This document shows, piece after piece, positions 20,728 to 30,588 of a DNA stretch of 64,000 bases (positions are counted from its first letter, which is position 1; the number at the start of each line of letters is the position of its first letter). Position numbers and translations under genes: made by a program. The notes below the pieces were generated by a model. That model worked only from the letters and a program-made list of their open reading frames with translations, was not told the DNA's origin and did no database searches. Source of the stretch: Oligoflexia bacterium. Its GTDB lineage: Bacteria; Bdellovibrionota; Bdellovibrionia; JABDDW01. The stretch covers positions 33,647 to 97,646 of the forward strand of contig JADLCR010000014.1 of NCBI GenBank assembly GCA_020847095.1, given 5' to 3'.

Positions 20728-21921
20728 ATGAATCGCCTTTTAAGAATTTGGATTTGGCCAAGAGGCCCAATTTTGGCACTAGTGTCTGGGCTATTGTCGG
20801 CCCTGATCTCACTGTCGGCATGGGCCAACACGCCATTTATTTCTCAAGATGACTGCGCGCCGCAGCTGTTGAAGCTGTCTAATGGCAGTCCCATTAAACC
20901 CGATTTAAATAACTTCGGCTCGGCCCGCGGTTATGCCTGGGCCGTAAGAAACATTGTGAAAACCCGCGCCGGAGACTTTTTGATCGATGCCGAAAGAACC
21001 TCAACAAATGAGCAATATCGCAAAGACTCTAAGCCTTACCCCGTATCACCCGAAGCCCGTGAACCGTACTTTTTTGAAACTTTAGGGCGAGCAGCTCAAA
21101 TCTTCGGATTTAAAAAAGTAAGCATTAAGCGATGGCTCTTACCGTCCGTTGAACTCATCAACGCGACTATTGACCTGTACAACGCAACGCTTAGCCCTAA
21201 GCTGAAAAGTTACTCCTTTGGCTTTAAGTATTATTGGAGCCATCGCTCCGAACTTGACCCTCGCACTTATGCCAAACGATACGCTGAGCTTGGTGAACTG
21301 CCCGTTGCATCTTTCAGCGATTCCACTCCTCGGGAATCAGGACAAGAAAGTCCATATACAGCCCATTTGTTTTTTCATGACCTCTACCACATCGGAGATT
21401 TCGCTCCCGCGCCGCTCATTCGGATTTCTCGGACCCAAGCCGCAATTCTTGTCGCCTTTGAGGAGTTTCTGAGAAAGGAAAAACCCGCTCTCGCTCAAGA
21501 ACTCGATCGGGATCAAGCATTTTGGATGGATTATTATGATTTTTGGTCGAAGGGGTTTGATTCAGGCCAAGGAAATTTAAACTTATCCGTTTACCTCAAA
21601 TATTCAAACCTCTTTTCGAACGAGACTCCTGGTATAGCCGAAGCTCTCCATCGTATGATTCAGGATAGCCGCACTCCGCAGGAATTTCTTTCGCTTGCCG
21701 TTGGTGACGCATTTTCAGGTTTTCATATTCCACATTCTATCATTCGAGAACTACGGCTGGCTGAAAAAGACTTTTTAGCGAAGCATGGCTCCAAATTTGA
21801 TCTTAAAGACGACTTCGAATGGTATAAGTCACAAACTGACGCGTCACTAGATCAAGCCGTCAGTCATAAAAGACGAACCATGATTGACACTCTCACTCAA
21901 TTGATCAAAGACCTTGAATAG
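20728..21921 (+). CDS. hypothetical secreted protein (397 aa)
   Basis: RBS GGTGGAGAG. Signal peptide. No assignable motif. Confidence 0.5.
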   Translation: MNRLLRIWIWPRGPILALVSGLLSALISLSAWANTPFISQDDCAPQLLKLSNGSPIKPDLNNFGSARGYAWAVRNIVKTRAGDFLIDAERTSTNEQYRKDSKPYPVSPEAREPYFFETLGRAAQIFGFKKVSIKRWLLPSVELINATIDLYNATLSPKLKSYSFGFKYYWSHRSELDPRTYAKRYAELGELPVASFSDSTPRESGQESPYTAHLFFHDLYHIGDFAPAPLIRISRTQAAILVAFEEFLRKEKPALAQELDRDQAFWMDYYDFWSKGFDSGQGNLNLSVYLKYSNLFSNETPGIAEALHRMIQDSRTPQEFLSLAVGDAFSGFHIPHSIIRELRLAEKDFLAKHGSKFDLKDDFEWYKSQTDASLDQAVSHKRRTMIDTLTQLIKDLE

Positions 21922-21967
21922 TCTCTTACTAGTTGATTAATAGGCAAAAGAACCGTATTTTCCAAAT

Positions 21968-22780
21968 ATGGAATTTCCAAAATCGACGCCAGAATATCAA
22001 GAGCTTAAAGAGCTCAAAGAACCTTGGGGCATTAGTTACGGGCCCATTGAGAGTCGTCGGCTTGGGCTTAGCTTAGGGATCAATTTATTAGGCGGTGGAG
22101 AAAAGGTTTGTAGCTACGACTGTCCGTATTGTGAATTGGGTTTTACGACTTTAAAGCTTTCGCAGATAAAAAAAACCATTAATTTTCCGACGCTTCAACA
22201 AGTCGATGATGCGATTCGTCAGCACATTCTTAAATTAAACAAAGAGGGCGTTACCTTAGACTCTCTTTCGATCGTGGGTAATGGCGAGCCCACGCTGTAC
22301 CCGGATTTTCCTGAGGCCGTTGAAGTGGTGATCAAAATTCGCGATGAATTGTCACCGCAATCTAAGGTCTCGATCCTCAGCAATGGGACCACCCTTGATA
22401 ACAATAAAATTATCCGCGCATTAAACCGTTTAGATGATCGAATGATCAAGCTCGACGCCGGCAATGATGAAATGCTCAAAAAAATTGATAACCCACTCGT
22501 TCGCATGAGCATTGCCAAGCTTGTTCAATCAACAAAAGGATTAAAAGACGTTATTTTGCAGTCATTTTTTGTTCAAGGAGTCATCGACAATACGGCGACC
22601 AATGAGGTTGAAGATTGGATCGAGACCGTGGGCTTGATCAAACCCAAGCTCGTGCATATTTATGGTCTAGATCGCGTTCCCCCGCTAGCCGGCCTCAAAC
22701 AAGTTCCACCGCAAAAACTTAAAGAGATCTCTCAGAAGCTAACAAAAAAGACCGGAATCAAAGCCCTCGTTTTTGCCTGA
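21968..22780 (+). CDS. radical SAM protein, minimal single-cluster type
   Basis: GPIESRRLGLSLGINL...CSYDCPYC (CX3CX2C). No further Cys cluster, so not a SPASM/anSME type. Confidence 0.7.
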   Translation: MEFPKSTPEYQELKELKEPWGISYGPIESRRLGLSLGINLLGGGEKVCSYDCPYCELGFTTLKLSQIKKTINFPTLQQVDDAIRQHILKLNKEGVTLDSLSIVGNGEPTLYPDFPEAVEVVIKIRDELSPQSKVSILSNGTTLDNNKIIRALNRLDDRMIKLDAGNDEMLKKIDNPLVRMSIAKLVQSTKGLKDVILQSFFVQGVIDNTATNEVEDWIETVGLIKPKLVHIYGLDRVPPLAGLKQVPPQKLKEISQKLTKKTGIKALVFA

Positions 22781-24656
22781 AATATCCAGAAAATTCATTA
22801 TCCTCACAAAGCGCAAGCACTTGATCCAAAACAGATGGACCTTCTAACAACGCTGGGTCAAAATCCCAGGTGGCACCGTCAGTCCAAAAGATCTTTGCAA
22901 ACTCGACTTGCTCTTGTCGCCTTAACGTCAAGCTCAAGGCCGACTCGGCAAACTCTTGAGCCTCTCGATGGGCGCCGCGTTTAGAGGCCGCAAACGAAAG
23001 AAGCCAATATTGTACTTCTTGATCCACACACTCTTTAGTCCGTGCTAATGACTCGATCTCTTTTGGCGTGAGTCCGCCGAGAGCAGCGCCCAATTTCAAA
23101 CAACCATTGACCGAAGACGCCGGAAAATTTTTGGGAGGCTCCACTCTTAAACGCCTATACGCCGTGAACAGCCATTGGTACTTTTCATCGACAGCGGCGG
23201 GAAGAAGCGGCTTAGCGTCTCGTAACACGCTCGGAATTAGAGGCCAATCACCTTTCTCAAAAGCAATTCTGATCAACCATTGCACGACTTGCCAATCATC
23301 GGGCCGGCGAAGCCTGAGCTCTTGCAGTTCTTGCTTTTGGCTTTCATAGGTCGTGTACCGAGAAAAAACGTTGCGGGCCACTCTAAGTTTTTCTCCTAAT
23401 GAATAACTCAAAGTCGTCGGTTGTCGGTCTTTAAAATAAAGGTCCTTGATGGCCTCCCAATGGCCAGAAATTTTTTTAAATGATGTGTAGTCTTTCGAAA
23501 ATAGATTCTGTTGTTCCATGCGATCGGTATAAGTATTAAAAAGCCTCGGCTCCGTTCCGTCCCAAAACATGAGCTCACCAAGCCTCAGTGAAATCTGCAC
23601 ATCTCCCCAACCGCGTAAAACCGGCAAGTATGACTCAATCACGAGTGGAAGATTGTTTTCACCCAAACCGCGCCCTTCGATGGCGGGCTTTAGACTCCGA
23701 TGCTTGAAATGCCGAGGAATATTCTTCTCAACATTGATGAGTTCAAATAGTGTCACGCCTAAGTCAGCCAATGATACGGAAGTATCAATCGACCAAGATG
23801 GAACTTTATCTCTCACAGGTGTTGAGGGCTTTATGACTAGCGGGACTTGCGCCACCTCGTTGTAGAGATTGATGCCTTTTGAAAGACTTTCGTGTTCGTT
23901 ACGGGCCAGACCCTGTAACCCGACAAGGACAACCGTTGTGGGTTCCCAGATGCGCCTCTTTTTTAAATATTCCCGCAACTTTAGAATGGCTAAATCAATA
24001 TCCTGGAGTTTTCCGTTATAGGCCCCTTCAAGGCTTTCAACGGAAGCTTTTAACGGGCCCGGAAGTTCCGGAAATAAGAGGTCGTTAAAATATAAGACTG
24101 AAAAAAATGATGCCCCTTCTGCACGGTCTTCGAGCAACTGAATAAATCGTTCGACGACGGCTTCGGCGGGCCTATAAAAACGGCCGCCCTCACGAACCGA
24201 GTCGTCAAAGTCTCCAAATCCCTTTGCTAAGGCCGATTTTCGCAACACGGGCACTCCACCGCTGACGAGTATGGTCTCCATTCCTTTTTCGCGGGCAAGT
24301 TGGGCCAGGCTCTTCACCGATTCGGAGTATCGACTGACACCATCCGTACGCACGCCCGACTCAAGGGGGACCAGACCGGTAAGGATGGAACTAATGGCCG
24401 CATTTGTTGCCACGGAAGTGGTGTAAGCATGGGTAAATCGCACGCCTTCGGAGCACAGGCGATCAAGATTTGGGGTAATGCTTTCTTGAAGCGCGCCGCA
24501 ATTGACGGCGTCAGCCCGCAGGCTTGGGACCGCAATGACGATGACCGATCCGTTTCCGCCGGGCCCAGGACTTGAGCAAGCAAGACTCAAAGACAAACTG
24601 ACCAAGAGAACTATGTTTTGACTCAGCCGCGTCATGAGTTTTCCCTTCAAGTGCAT
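22758..24656 (-). CDS. alkaline-phosphatase-superfamily (sulfatase/phosphotransferase-like) lipoprotein with C-terminal helical-repeat domain
   Basis: Lipobox LSLACSS. N-terminal sulfatase-like core (VIAVPSLRAD...YTTSVATNAAISSILTG, Thr/Ser rather than Cys at the nucleophile position). Helical repeats in the C-terminal half. Confidence 0.55.
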   Translation of the reverse strand: MHLKGKLMTRLSQNIVLLVSLSLSLACSSPGPGGNGSVIVIAVPSLRADAVNCGALQESITPNLDRLCSEGVRFTHAYTTSVATNAAISSILTGLVPLESGVRTDGVSRYSESVKSLAQLAREKGMETILVSGGVPVLRKSALAKGFGDFDDSVREGGRFYRPAEAVVERFIQLLEDRAEGASFFSVLYFNDLLFPELPGPLKASVESLEGAYNGKLQDIDLAILKLREYLKKRRIWEPTTVVLVGLQGLARNEHESLSKGINLYNEVAQVPLVIKPSTPVRDKVPSWSIDTSVSLADLGVTLFELINVEKNIPRHFKHRSLKPAIEGRGLGENNLPLVIESYLPVLRGWGDVQISLRLGELMFWDGTEPRLFNTYTDRMEQQNLFSKDYTSFKKISGHWEAIKDLYFKDRQPTTLSYSLGEKLRVARNVFSRYTTYESQKQELQELRLRRPDDWQVVQWLIRIAFEKGDWPLIPSVLRDAKPLLPAAVDEKYQWLFTAYRRLRVEPPKNFPASSVNGCLKLGAALGGLTPKEIESLARTKECVDQEVQYWLLSFAASKRGAHREAQEFAESALSLTLRRQEQVEFAKIFWTDGATWDFDPALLEGPSVLDQVLALCEDNEFSGYFRQKRGL

Positions 24657-24711
24657 TATGCCCCCTGTTACACTTTTGGTTCAGGCGTTCGACTTAAGGA
24701 GACACTAAACT

Positions 24712-25338
24712 ATGCTAACTCAAAAACTCTTATCCGTCACGAGCGGCGGAGCCGAATGGATTCTGTATCTGCTCATTTTTCTATCCGTTTGTTCAGTAGC
24801 CATAATCATTGAACGTTATCTGGCGCTTAAACATATCTTAAAAGCGACGAATATGATTTCTGACCGAGCCAAAGAGGCCCTAAAGGCCAATGACTTTCAG
24901 GCCATTGAGGAAATTGGAAAAATCCATGAATCGTTTGAGGGTCGCCTTGTGGCTCACGCAATCCGACACCTCAACAACAAGGGCCGTTCGATTGAAGAGG
25001 TTATCGGCGGATTTGTTAACCTTGAGCGCCCTATTCTTGAAAAAAACCTGGCCTTCTTGGGAACTCTCGGAAACAGCGCCCCGTTTATTGGACTTTTGGG
25101 AACCGTTCTCGGAATCGTCAAGGCATTTGCTGATCTCGCCGGCGCTCAAGGCAACCCGAGTGTGGTTATGGCAGGTATTTCTGAGGCGCTCGTCTCAACG
25201 GCGGTCGGTCTCTTTGTGGCCATTCCCGCAGCCATTGCTTACAATTTTTTCCAACGCCAAGTTCGTCGAGTGATGCAAAGTGCAGATAGCATGAAACAAC
25301 TGTGCATCGCTTACGCGAAAGAAAAGGGACTTCGTTAA
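24712..25338 (+). CDS. MotA/TolQ/ExbB-family proton channel
   Basis: RBS AAGGAG. Three TM helices. Conserved C-terminal NSAPFIGLLGTVLGIVKAF motif. Confidence 0.8.
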   Translation: MLTQKLLSVTSGGAEWILYLLIFLSVCSVAIIIERYLALKHILKATNMISDRAKEALKANDFQAIEEIGKIHESFEGRLVAHAIRHLNNKGRSIEEVIGGFVNLERPILEKNLAFLGTLGNSAPFIGLLGTVLGIVKAFADLAGAQGNPSVVMAGISEALVSTAVGLFVAIPAAIAYNFFQRQVRRVMQSADSMKQLCIAYAKEKGLR

Positions 25339-25757
25339 TGGCTGGCGGATCTTTCAATTCTCAAGACGAAGATCAGCTCATCACTGATATTAACGTAACC
25401 CCGTTAGTTGACGTTGTCTTGGTTTTGCTTATCATTTTCATGGTCACAACGCCCATGATCATGAAGCCCTCGATTAACGTGAATCTGCCAAAGGCGGCGA
25501 GTGCTGATCAAGCAAGTCCCGGTGAACTTCAAGTGACGATCAGCAAAGACGGAAAAATTTTTGCCAACGGAAATCAAGTCGGTGAAGATGGTCTCAAAGC
25601 CGTGGCAACAGAGTTAGTAACAGCCAATGCCGAGACTCAGGCCATGATTAGCGCCGATAAAGACACTCCTCACGGGATTGTTATTTCAGCGATTGATATC
25701 ATTAAGGGTGCCGGCATTAAGCGGTTTGCCATCAATATCGAAAAGAAAAATAAGTAG
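25338..25757 (+). CDS. ExbD/TolR-family protein
   Basis: TAATG overlap with the upstream gene. INVTPLVDVVLVLLIIFMV single TM signature. Confidence 0.8.
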   Translation: MAGGSFNSQDEDQLITDINVTPLVDVVLVLLIIFMVTTPMIMKPSINVNLPKAASADQASPGELQVTISKDGKIFANGNQVGEDGLKAVATELVTANAETQAMISADKDTPHGIVISAIDIIKGAGIKRFAINIEKKNK

Positions 25758-26087
25758 TTATTTGGTCATTCGAACCAAAAGGCTCACCCCAACAAATAAA
25801 TAAAGAATGGTCAAAAAGTTGTGCCACTGGGTACCCGTTAATCCCCACAAGATGCTTTCAGCAAGCGGTGCCGAAAGCGTCCATCGCCAAGAATAGAATA
25901 TGAGATCCGACACTAGCGACAGTAGCGAAAGTGCGGTCATCCAGCTTCGCCCAGTTGTTTGATACGAAACACGCATCGCAAGCACCGCTGCCGCGATAAA
26001 AAGGACCCCCGCAATTTTTCCGGCCTGCGCCGCGGGCAAGAACCAGAAAAATGCTGGAGCACTAAATCCCAAAATAAAATAGGCCAT
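25758..26087 (-). CDS. small hypothetical membrane protein
   Basis: Three or four hydrophobic helices. The internal Met was chosen to avoid overlap with lipB. Confidence 0.35.
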   Translation of the reverse strand: MAYFILGFSAPAFFWFLPAAQAGKIAGVLFIAAAVLAMRVSYQTTGRSWMTALSLLSLVSDLIFYSWRWTLSAPLAESILWGLTGTQWHNFLTILYLFVGVSLLVRMTK

Positions 26088-26098
26088 CACCCTAGACT

Positions 26099-26764
26099 TT
26101 ATTTCCACGGTTCCAAAACCTCCCTCAAACATTCCGCAAGCCGTTCTTTGACATTTTCCATCAGTGGACGCTTTTTAACTTCCCAGAGCTCTTGGTAGCG
26201 AGCAGTCCATTGACTCATCATATTGGTCATGACCTCTGAATCAAATCCACAAGGTTGAATAGATTTAAATTCGTTCAAGTCGCAAGTTACGTTTAGGGCC
26301 ACTCCGTGATAAGTAACCCACTTCTTGGCCGCAATTCCTAAACTTGCGATTTTTTTATCTAGTTTGGTCGCGAGATCGGTTACCCAAACTCCGGTTTTCC
26401 CATCCACGCGCTTTGATTCAATTCGAAAATCATGGAGCGTATTGATCACGCCCTCTTCAAGGGCGCGCATAAATTTATGTAAGTCTTTTGTCCGTTTATT
26501 TAAATTAAACACCGGATAGGCAACAACCTGGCCCGCCGTGTGGAGCGTGGCCCGTCCGCCACGACTAACCATGACGACCGGTATTTCGGTAGCACTAACT
26601 TCGCTCGAAGCTCCCGATGCTCTCCCAACCGTGATCACTGAAGGGTGTTCGCATATAAGAATAAATTCACGCTCGGGATCGTTTTGACATTCTGCCACCC
26701 GGGCTTCTTGAATTTTAAGAGCCTCTGAATACTCGATGAGCCCAAGGTTTTTAGAGATAATCAT
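26099..26764 (-). CDS. lipB: lipoyl(octanoyl) transferase
   Basis: LipB motifs (HPSVITVGR, RGGRATLHTAGQVVAYP, DLHKFMRALE). Confidence 0.85.
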   Translation of the reverse strand: MIISKNLGLIEYSEALKIQEARVAECQNDPEREFILICEHPSVITVGRASGASSEVSATEIPVVMVSRGGRATLHTAGQVVAYPVFNLNKRTKDLHKFMRALEEGVINTLHDFRIESKRVDGKTGVWVTDLATKLDKKIASLGIAAKKWVTYHGVALNVTCDLNEFKSIQPCGFDSEVMTNMMSQWTARYQELWEVKKRPLMENVKERLAECLREVLEPWK

Positions 26765-26770
26765 GACTCA

Positions 26771-28210
26771 CTACGTTCTGGCGCTGGCTCGAGGTTCCCT
26801 GTCGCGCGGTGGCTTTACGACAATGTGGATGGCGTGCCCAGTGGTAGCCTCGGCCGCTTCCATCATCATTTCTCCCAATGTGGGATGTGGATGAATAGTC
26901 CGTGCAATATCCTCAGCCGTTGCGCCCATTTCTATGGCTAAGGCCGCCTCACTAATCAAATTACTCGCTTCATAGCCGACAATATGAACGCCCAAAACAA
27001 TGTCGGTTTTTTTATCGACAATGACTTTGATGAAGCCATCAGAATCCATCATCGAAAGCGCCCGTCCATTGGCCACATAAGGAAAGGTCCCTGATTTCGT
27101 TTCATATCCTTTAAGTTTGGCTTCCTCTTCGGTCATCCCGCTTGAAGCAATTTCCGGATCGGTAAAAACAACCGCGGGGATTGTTTTGACATCCATTGCA
27201 GAATTCTTGCCGGCAATAACCTCGGCAGCGACGATTCCTTCGCGGCTGGCTTTATGGGCCAACATGGGCTGTCCCGCCACATCACCAATTGCAAAAATAT
27301 GATTAACATTGGTTCTCATTTGGGAATTAACCGGAATGAATCCCTTTGAATCGGTTTTCACGCCGGCCTTTTCGAGCCCCAAGTTTTCGCTATTGGGACG
27401 TCGACCGACGGTAACCAAAATTTTGTCGCATAAAACTGTTTGATCAGTTCCATTAACCTGCACTTGAACAGCCAAATCCGATCCTTGTTTTTTGAATCCA
27501 ATCGCTTTGGCTTCTGTCAGGAGTTTTACGTTCTTCTTTTTTAGCTTACGAGAAACGACTTGAGCGCAATCCGGGTCGGTGACACCAGTTAGGATCGCCT
27601 TGTTAGCCTCAAGAACAGTCACATCGGTACCGAGTTTTGCCAGAAAACTTCCAATTTCAAGACCGATATACCCGCCACCAATCACAACGACCCGTTGATT
27701 GAATTGTGAAATTTCTAAGGCTTCGGTGCTGCTCAAAACATATTTCTTGTCAAAAGCAAATCCCGGAATTTCGATTGGGCGTGAACCGGTTGCGATAATA
27801 AAGTTTTTCGCATTTATTTTTTCTACGCCAGCTTGAGTTTTAACCTCAACCTCATTGGGAGAAATGAACTTAGCCTCTCCCATCAGTGACTCAACCCCAT
27901 TCGCTTTAAAGAGCTGGCTAATGCCCCCGGTAAGTTTATTGACGATCGCCTGCTTCCAAGTTTGAAGCTGGCCACCATCAACCGTAACGGCCGGAATTCG
28001 AATTCCCATTTCAGAAGCCGATTTCATTTTATCCAAAAAATGAGCGGCGGTAATCAAGGCCTTAGAGGGAATGCAGCCCACATTGAGACAAACGCCACCG
28101 ATGGTTTGTTTTTCAACCACCAAAGTTTTTTTGCCGAGCTGAGCCGCCTTGATTGCGGCGACGTATCCGCCAGGGCCAGATCCAATTACACACAAATCAA
28201 CTTGTTTCAT
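26771..28210 (-). CDS. lpdA: dihydrolipoyl dehydrogenase (E3)
   Basis: GGVCLNVGCIPSK redox disulfide. FAD and NAD Rossmann motifs. HPHPTLGE near the C-terminus. Confidence 0.9.
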   Translation of the reverse strand: MKQVDLCVIGSGPGGYVAAIKAAQLGKKTLVVEKQTIGGVCLNVGCIPSKALITAAHFLDKMKSASEMGIRIPAVTVDGGQLQTWKQAIVNKLTGGISQLFKANGVESLMGEAKFISPNEVEVKTQAGVEKINAKNFIIATGSRPIEIPGFAFDKKYVLSSTEALEISQFNQRVVVIGGGYIGLEIGSFLAKLGTDVTVLEANKAILTGVTDPDCAQVVSRKLKKKNVKLLTEAKAIGFKKQGSDLAVQVQVNGTDQTVLCDKILVTVGRRPNSENLGLEKAGVKTDSKGFIPVNSQMRTNVNHIFAIGDVAGQPMLAHKASREGIVAAEVIAGKNSAMDVKTIPAVVFTDPEIASSGMTEEEAKLKGYETKSGTFPYVANGRALSMMDSDGFIKVIVDKKTDIVLGVHIVGYEASNLISEAALAIEMGATAEDIARTIHPHPTLGEMMMEAAEATTGHAIHIVVKPPRDREPRASART

Positions 28211-28224
28211 AGACCGGTCCTTTC

Positions 28225-29535
28225 TTAGGCTAAATCAAGAAGTAGGCTTTGCGGATGAGAAAGCCGGGGTGCAAGTTTATTGACGAAACGGGCTGCTGCC
28301 GCACCGTCGATTAATCGATGATCGCATGTGGCAGTTAATCCCATCATATCGCGAACGACGACCTCACCCTTCTCATTGACAACGGGCTTTTTCACGATCT
28401 TAAACACACCAATAATGGCCACCTCGGGATGATTAATAATGGGCGTGGCTGAAATCCCGCCAATACTTCCGATGTTTGTGACGGTAATGGTGCCACCTTT
28501 CATATCATCAGGAGCAAGCTTTCCGGCCCGAGCCTTATCGGCGAGCTGCAATAACTCGTGAGCCACTTCTAAGACGTTTTTACTTTCTACGTTTTTAATT
28601 ACCGGCACAACGAGCCCTTCTGGCGTATCGGCGGCGAATCCAATGTTGTGGTGATGTTTATAGACAATTTCGCTTGCCGCATCGTCAATGGAGGCGTTGA
28701 ATTGCGGGAACTCTCTCATCGTGACCGATACGGCTTTAATAATAAACGGCAAGTAAGTAAGTTTAACTCCCCTTGCGGCGGCCTCATCTTTCATGAGCGT
28801 TCTCCACACCACAAGATCAGTCACATCAATTTCATCGGTATGGGTGAAGTGTGGAATAATCTGCTTAGACCGCTGCAAATTTTCTGCAATCTTACGGCGG
28901 ATTCCCCGAAGCGGTTTTCGCTCTTCAGCTTGCCCCGTGGGCAACGAAATTTTTGGTGACGGCTTAAAGGCAGGTATGGCCATTCCTGCACTGCTGGCAC
29001 CGGCAGGCACCGTGTGGCCGTTACCGGTAGTGGCACGACTCACATCTTCGCGGGTCACGCGACCTGCAGGTCCGCTTCCTCGAATATTATTGAGATCAAC
29101 GCCAGCTTCACGAGCAAATCTTCTGGTCGCCGGAGTAGCAAGCACATGGGCGGCGGCTGGCGGTGGAACCACTGTGGCTCGAGATGGTACGGCGACCTCT
29201 GCGGATGACGTCGTCATCACCGATTGAGTTTTTGGAGCAGAGGGCGGCGGTGCGCTTTGCCCTGAAGGCGCCGCCTTTGCGGCATGGCCGCCTGCTTGCG
29301 CATCTATAGTGCACAAAAGGCCTCCAACCTTAATAACTTCGCCTTCTTTAGCTGATATTTTTTGAATTTTGCCATCAACAACCGATGGAATTTCAACGGT
29401 GGCTTTGTCCGTCATGACTTCAACCAATGGCTGGTCATGGGTTACTGCATCTCCCTCTTTGACGAGCCATTTAACAATTTCGCCTTCGGTGACGCCTTCG
29501 CCAATATCAGGAAGCTTAAACTCAGTTGTTGCCAT
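28225..29535 (-). CDS. dihydrolipoamide acyltransferase (E2) of a 2-oxo-acid dehydrogenase complex
   Basis: N-terminal lipoyl domain (EVMTDKATVEIPS), Ala/Pro linker, E3-binding domain, catalytic DHRLIDG. Confidence 0.9.
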   Translation of the reverse strand: MATTEFKLPDIGEGVTEGEIVKWLVKEGDAVTHDQPLVEVMTDKATVEIPSVVDGKIQKISAKEGEVIKVGGLLCTIDAQAGGHAAKAAPSGQSAPPPSAPKTQSVMTTSSAEVAVPSRATVVPPPAAAHVLATPATRRFAREAGVDLNNIRGSGPAGRVTREDVSRATTGNGHTVPAGASSAGMAIPAFKPSPKISLPTGQAEERKPLRGIRRKIAENLQRSKQIIPHFTHTDEIDVTDLVVWRTLMKDEAAARGVKLTYLPFIIKAVSVTMREFPQFNASIDDAASEIVYKHHHNIGFAADTPEGLVVPVIKNVESKNVLEVAHELLQLADKARAGKLAPDDMKGGTITVTNIGSIGGISATPIINHPEVAIIGVFKIVKKPVVNEKGEVVVRDMMGLTATCDHRLIDGAAAARFVNKLAPRLSHPQSLLLDLA

Positions 29536-30487
29536 TTTGCTCTCCTCCGGCGGCTCGCGCCCTTCGAATCATGCCTTCCATAAAAAATTCCCCTGCTCGA
29601 TAGCTGCTTCTCACTAGTGGGCCACTGGCCACATAGAGAAAGCCCATACCTTCGGCCACCGACTTCCAGTTTTGAAAGGCTTCCGGCGTTAGGTATTCTT
29701 GTACTTTGAGATGTCTCTTGGTGGGCTGAAGATACTGACCAAAAGTAACCACGTCACATCCAACCGCTCGCAGATCGCTCAAGGTCTCAATCACTTCGTC
29801 ATGGGTTTCGCCAAGTCCGAGCATGATCGAAGACTTGGTGAACCTTCGAGAATCGATTTCTTTGACAGTCTTTAAAACAGACAGGCTCTGGTCGTATTTA
29901 GCGCGCGGATCGCGAACCGTTTTTGTGAGTCTTCTCACGGTTTCGATATTGTGAGCAAAGACATCAGGTTTTGCATTTACGATTTTTGTGATCCATTCGG
30001 GATTTCCCAAAAAATCTGGGGTTAAGACTTCAATGAGAACATTGGGATCTTCTTTTTTGATTCTAGAAATTGTTTCTGCAAAATGCCCAGACCCATGATC
30101 TTGAAGGTCATCACGATCAACGCTGGTGATGACAACATATTTAAGGCCCAGTTGCCCGATTGCGTGCGCTAGTTTTTGAGGTTCTTCGTGATCCAAAACG
30201 CCTTTAGGATTTCCGGTCTTGATGGCACAAAATCGACAACCTCTTGTGCAGACATCACCCATCAGCATGACGGTTGCCGTTCCACCACCCCAACACTCGG
30301 AGACATTAGGACAACGGGCCTCTTCGCAAACGGTGTAGAGATTAAGTTTTCTGAGTAAGGCCTTAAGCTCCAAGTAGTTTGAGCCAGACGGCGGGCGAAT
30401 TTTTAGCCATTCGGGCTTTGTGGGCTTAGGGGATACTTCTTTTTCTAACATGCATTTCTTTTTGCCAGCTTTGGCTAGCCTTGGCAA
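29522..30487 (-). CDS. lipA: lipoyl synthase
   Basis: CPNVSECW, MLMGDVCTRGCRFCAI (radical-SAM CX3CX2C). The start may be the internal MLEKE. Confidence 0.9.
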   Translation of the reverse strand: MPRLAKAGKKKCMLEKEVSPKPTKPEWLKIRPPSGSNYLELKALLRKLNLYTVCEEARCPNVSECWGGGTATVMLMGDVCTRGCRFCAIKTGNPKGVLDHEEPQKLAHAIGQLGLKYVVITSVDRDDLQDHGSGHFAETISRIKKEDPNVLIEVLTPDFLGNPEWITKIVNAKPDVFAHNIETVRRLTKTVRDPRAKYDQSLSVLKTVKEIDSRRFTKSSIMLGLGETHDEVIETLSDLRAVGCDVVTFGQYLQPTKRHLKVQEYLTPEAFQNWKSVAEGMGFLYVASGPLVRSSYRAGEFFMEGMIRRARAAGGEQNGNN

Positions 30488-30588
30488 TGTGATTTGAGCT
30501 TATGACGCATTGGGCAACGACGGCGTAACCCGAAGTCTCCTTGCTTTAAGATGGAGACTGTTTTACGTCCAGATTCATCAAAGGAGCA

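Noticed and set aside
25758-25800. tRNA-like TTCGAA hairpin (TTTGGTCATTCGAACCAAA)
   Set aside because: It lies inside the coding 3' end of the 25758..26087 gene (LVRMTK*). There is no acceptor stem or anticodon arm, so it is not a tRNA.
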